Source: Ignavibacteriota bacterium
Lineage (GTDB): Bacteria > Bacteroidota > Ignavibacteria > UBA10030
NCBI GenBank assembly: GCA_963790045.1
Contig: CAWBMS010000008.1
Coordinates: forward strand, 133,126-197,125
DNA length: 64,000 bases
Reading direction: 5' to 3'
Under the pieces are notes generated by a model, which did not search any database, was not told where the DNA came from, and worked only from the letters and a program-made list of their open reading frames with translations. Shown here piece after piece: positions 61,395-64,000 of the stretch. Position 1 is the stretch's first letter; every line of letters begins with the position of its first letter. The position numbers and the translations under genes are program-made.

Positions 61395-64000
61395 TGGTAC
61401 CTCATTTGTGTTTTCGGCATAAGTTCGTTGATATCAAATCCAAATAATATTCCGAGATAGAATCGCCATTCTTTTCCATATTCAACCGAACTTACAGTCG
61501 TGCTATTGACTTTTGTGCTAAAGGTATCGAACCCGTATGCGCCGGAAAAAAAGATTCTTGTCGGATACGAATAAAATGAAAATGATTCAAGGCGCAATTC
61601 AAATCCCATATCATGTTTCCACGTTGAGTAATTCGGTACTTCGCCCGACCATGCATTGCCAACATCGTAGAATACGGATGCAAACAACTTCGTAAAATAA
61701 AATTGCAGAAAGCGGTAGTTGAGTTGCGTGGAAATAGGAAAGCGATAGGTGGCATTAGCTGTCAACATTTCGTTGCCGCCAAGAGAATAAAATGTATAGC
61801 CGCGCATGCCAGTAAAGCCGCCGGCATAAAAATCAAAAAAATCATCAACCGTCGGTCCTAAAATACTGCCGCCGTGCAGCGAGAGCGACAACGTTTGTTT
61901 GTAAAACGGCAACGGCAAATATTCATTCCACAATAATTCGAGGCGATGTAATCGATATGGCGTAAAGACCGAAACAACTGCTCCACTATTATCCACTGAA
62001 AGAGAATCCGATGGATTAAAGTCATCGACTTCATAACTATATCGGAATAAAAACGAACGTCCGGTGGGATTAATATCACGATCCAGTGTCGGTAGAATAC
62101 CGTTATATTTTATTTGCATTGAAAAAGTACTGCCCTTAAAATATGTCGCCCGCGTAGCTGGTTGATATTGGTTGTTAAAGACAGGATCATACCAGCCGCC
62201 GATTGATTCATCGTATTTGCTCCATGAATATCCCAGTTTGAGTTCGGTATTTTCAGTAAATATTTTTTGACGGAACGATCCATCAAATTCAAACATAGAG
62301 TATGTTACATCGATGTTAACGGGATCTGGTGGCGGATTACCCGGTAGCGCGAATAAATTATTGGTTTCCCTGCTAATACTGTACACTTCCAATGAAAGCG
62401 TTGGCTCTAATCCCAATTGATACAATAACGGAATACGGTCAGAATAATCAACGGTAAAAAATAAATCACGTTCCAATTTTCTGTTAATCGCTGCACCGCC
62501 GACGAGATCCACTTTATCTAAAACATCCGACGAAGTAAAATACAATCCAGGTTTAATAACATCAATACCGCTGTTATGCGTGTTGTAATTGTCAACACGT
62601 AATAACGGAATCAGTGAGATGCTCGTAAAGACAGAATGATACGGTTTTGAAAGATATGTTACATTCGATAGTTCAGCCGAGGAAGAATCAAGATGCGATT
62701 GAAATAACGGACGAATTGATGTGATCGAAACTGATTGCACCAGTTGCAACGCATCTTTTGGAATATTAGAAACAGAATAATGCTGCGCTGTAGAATCAGC
62801 GAGATAGGAGATTTTAAATCCCGACGATGTATATGTTGAATAAACAAGATTACCCGCACTATCGACAGCCGGATAAAAGGCGCCGCCAAGTACATTGGTC
62901 AGTTGCCGAGACGAACTATCGTCAAAGAAATATTTATAGATATTAAAAATATGTGTTTGGTCGGAAGCATACACCAACGATTTTCCATCCGGAGAAAAAC
63001 TTGGATTACGCGAGTCGCCTTTGATGGAAAGAAATTTTAGATTCGCACCACTGGTATCGACGATGCCGATAGATTGATTCTGACCAATCGAGTAACCGAA
63101 TGCAGTTTTTTTGCCGTCAGGTGAACATGTCGGCGTATAAACTTGCTCGCCATTTTCAAAATGCGTTACCTGACGGATATTTTTTCCATCAGCATTTGCC
63201 ATACCAACATTCAGGGTTCCGTCATGCCCGTAAGCAAAAACAATGTGGTTGCCATCAGAAGAAAGTTTAGGATTCAGCGCGCGCAGTCCGAAGGTTAAGC
63301 GTGTTTCTTTTTCCGTTGCAATTTCCAATCGATATAAATCGCTGTATGACGACCAATGCGGATTATTGTGATCAAGTTTGGCATAATACATATACCTTCC
63401 ATCCGGTGAAAAAGATATTGTAGAATGGACAAGTATATCTCTCGATGTAATCATTTTTGTTTTTTTGTTCTGACAATCATAAAGATAGACACTGCTGGTG
63501 CTAAAATAATCCTGACCTTGATTGGAAACGTATGCGATATATTTTCCATCCGGGCTAAATATTGGAAAGAAATTTCCAAACCCTTCTTTTTCAATCAACG
63601 TGCCTTCGCGTAAATTTGGACGAAGCGAATCAGCAATGGCTTTATATTTTTTTGTCTTTTCTTCTTTCCATTGCGCGTACAATTCTTCTCCCGTGACGCC
63701 CAGCGTTGCTTGAATTGCACCATCAACCGTGAGGCGATATGGCACTGCAAGATTTCGTGAAATTTTTTGGAGTTTATCCACACCATATTTTTCTGCAATG
63801 AAATCGATAATGGAAAAACCGGCATTGTAAGAAGATTCATTTCCCAAACTGGTTTTCCCAAATACCGCCATCTCTTCCCACGAAAGCGGATTGCCATCTA
63901 ACATATACATTCGCAAAATCATATCACGATGTGTATCCCAATAATCGAACTTCAACGATGGATTGTTGTATTGCGCAATGCCTTCTGCGAACCAACTGGG
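61391..64000 (-). CDS. TolB-like PD40 beta-propeller protein with a C-terminal putative outer-membrane beta-barrel; 5'-partial (runs off the window)
   Basis: It has FSPDGK PD40 repeats. The tracked start at 63955 is a TTG, but the same frame is open up to position 64000, so the true start lies beyond the window. Confidence 0.6.
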   Translation of the reverse strand, partial: PSWFAEGIAQYNNPSLKFDYWDTHRDMILRMYMLDGNPLSWEEMAVFGKTSLGNESSYNAGFSIIDFIAEKYGVDKLQKISRNLAVPYRLTVDGAIQATLGVTGEELYAQWKEEKTKKYKAIADSLRPNLREGTLIEKEGFGNFFPIFSPDGKYIAYVSNQGQDYFSTSSVYLYDCQNKKTKMITSRDILVHSTISFSPDGRYMYYAKLDHNNPHWSSYSDLYRLEIATEKETRLTFGLRALNPKLSSDGNHIVFAYGHDGTLNVGMANADGKNIRQVTHFENGEQVYTPTCSPDGKKTAFGYSIGQNQSIGIVDTSGANLKFLSIKGDSRNPSFSPDGKSLVYASDQTHIFNIYKYFFDDSSSRQLTNVLGGAFYPAVDSAGNLVYSTYTSSGFKISYLADSTAQHYSVSNIPKDALQLVQSVSITSIRPLFQSHLDSSSAELSNVTYLSKPYHSVFTSISLIPLLRVDNYNTHNSGIDVIKPGLYFTSSDVLDKVDLVGGAAINRKLERDLFFTVDYSDRIPLLYQLGLEPTLSLEVYSISRETNNLFALPGNPPPDPVNIDVTYSMFEFDGSFRQKIFTENTELKLGYSWSKYDESIGGWYDPVFNNQYQPATRATYFKGSTFSMQIKYNGILPTLDRDINPTGRSFLFRYSYEVDDFNPSDSLSVDNSGAVVSVFTPYRLHRLELLWNEYLPLPFYKQTLSLSLHGGSILGPTVDDFFDFYAGGFTGMRGYTFYSLGGNEMLTANATYRFPISTQLNYRFLQFYFTKLFASVFYDVGNAWSGEVPNYSTWKHDMGFELRLESFSFYSYPTRIFFSGAYGFDTFSTKVNSTTVSSVEYGKEWRFYLGILFGFDINELMPKTQMRYQ

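Noticed and set aside
61391-63955. Complete 854-aa TolB-like gene starting at 63955
   Set aside because: The tracked start is a TTG, and the frame stays open to position 64000, so the gene is 5'-truncated by the window edge.

Overview
This 64 kb window is bacterial chromosome at roughly 45% GC with FCB-group (Ignavibacteria/Bacteroidota-like) gene content. Most of it is housekeeping: glyQS, a PGM/PMM-family mutase, dprA, rpoN, hslVU, an M13 peptidase, argF, a GH38 alpha-mannosidase, prs, rplY, pth, rpsF, rpsR, rplI, korAB, nrnA, nth, PolX, dus, a Wza/Wzz polysaccharide export pair, and four tRNAs. An accessory island lies between about 23.6 and 30.0 kb, bounded on the right by an initiator-like tRNA-Met gene. 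The island holds three unrelated REP-palindrome/RAYT (IS200-like HUH tyrosine transposase) modules and a GC-rich orphan gene. It also holds the standout item: a 9-repeat CRISPR array (35-nt repeats, 30-31-nt spacers) lying 250 bp downstream of a 481-aa TnpB/Cas12-like protein. That protein has intact RuvC-I/II/III motifs and a C-terminal zinc finger, and no cas1, cas2 or cas4 is present anywhere in the window. I interpret this as a candidate minimal, TnpB-derived type V CRISPR-Cas locus (Cas12f/Cas12n-like in size), sitting directly downstream of a RAYT gene in an IS605-like tnpA-tnpB order. Other points: several conserved genes (rpoN, argF, korA, a DUF1611-like P-loop gene and a lipoprotein) are split by single-base indels, which suggests assembly indel errors rather than true pseudogenes. 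The argF 3' end and its hairpin are duplicated about 160 bp apart, flanking an inserted lipoprotein gene. Several tandem-repeat tracts are also present.
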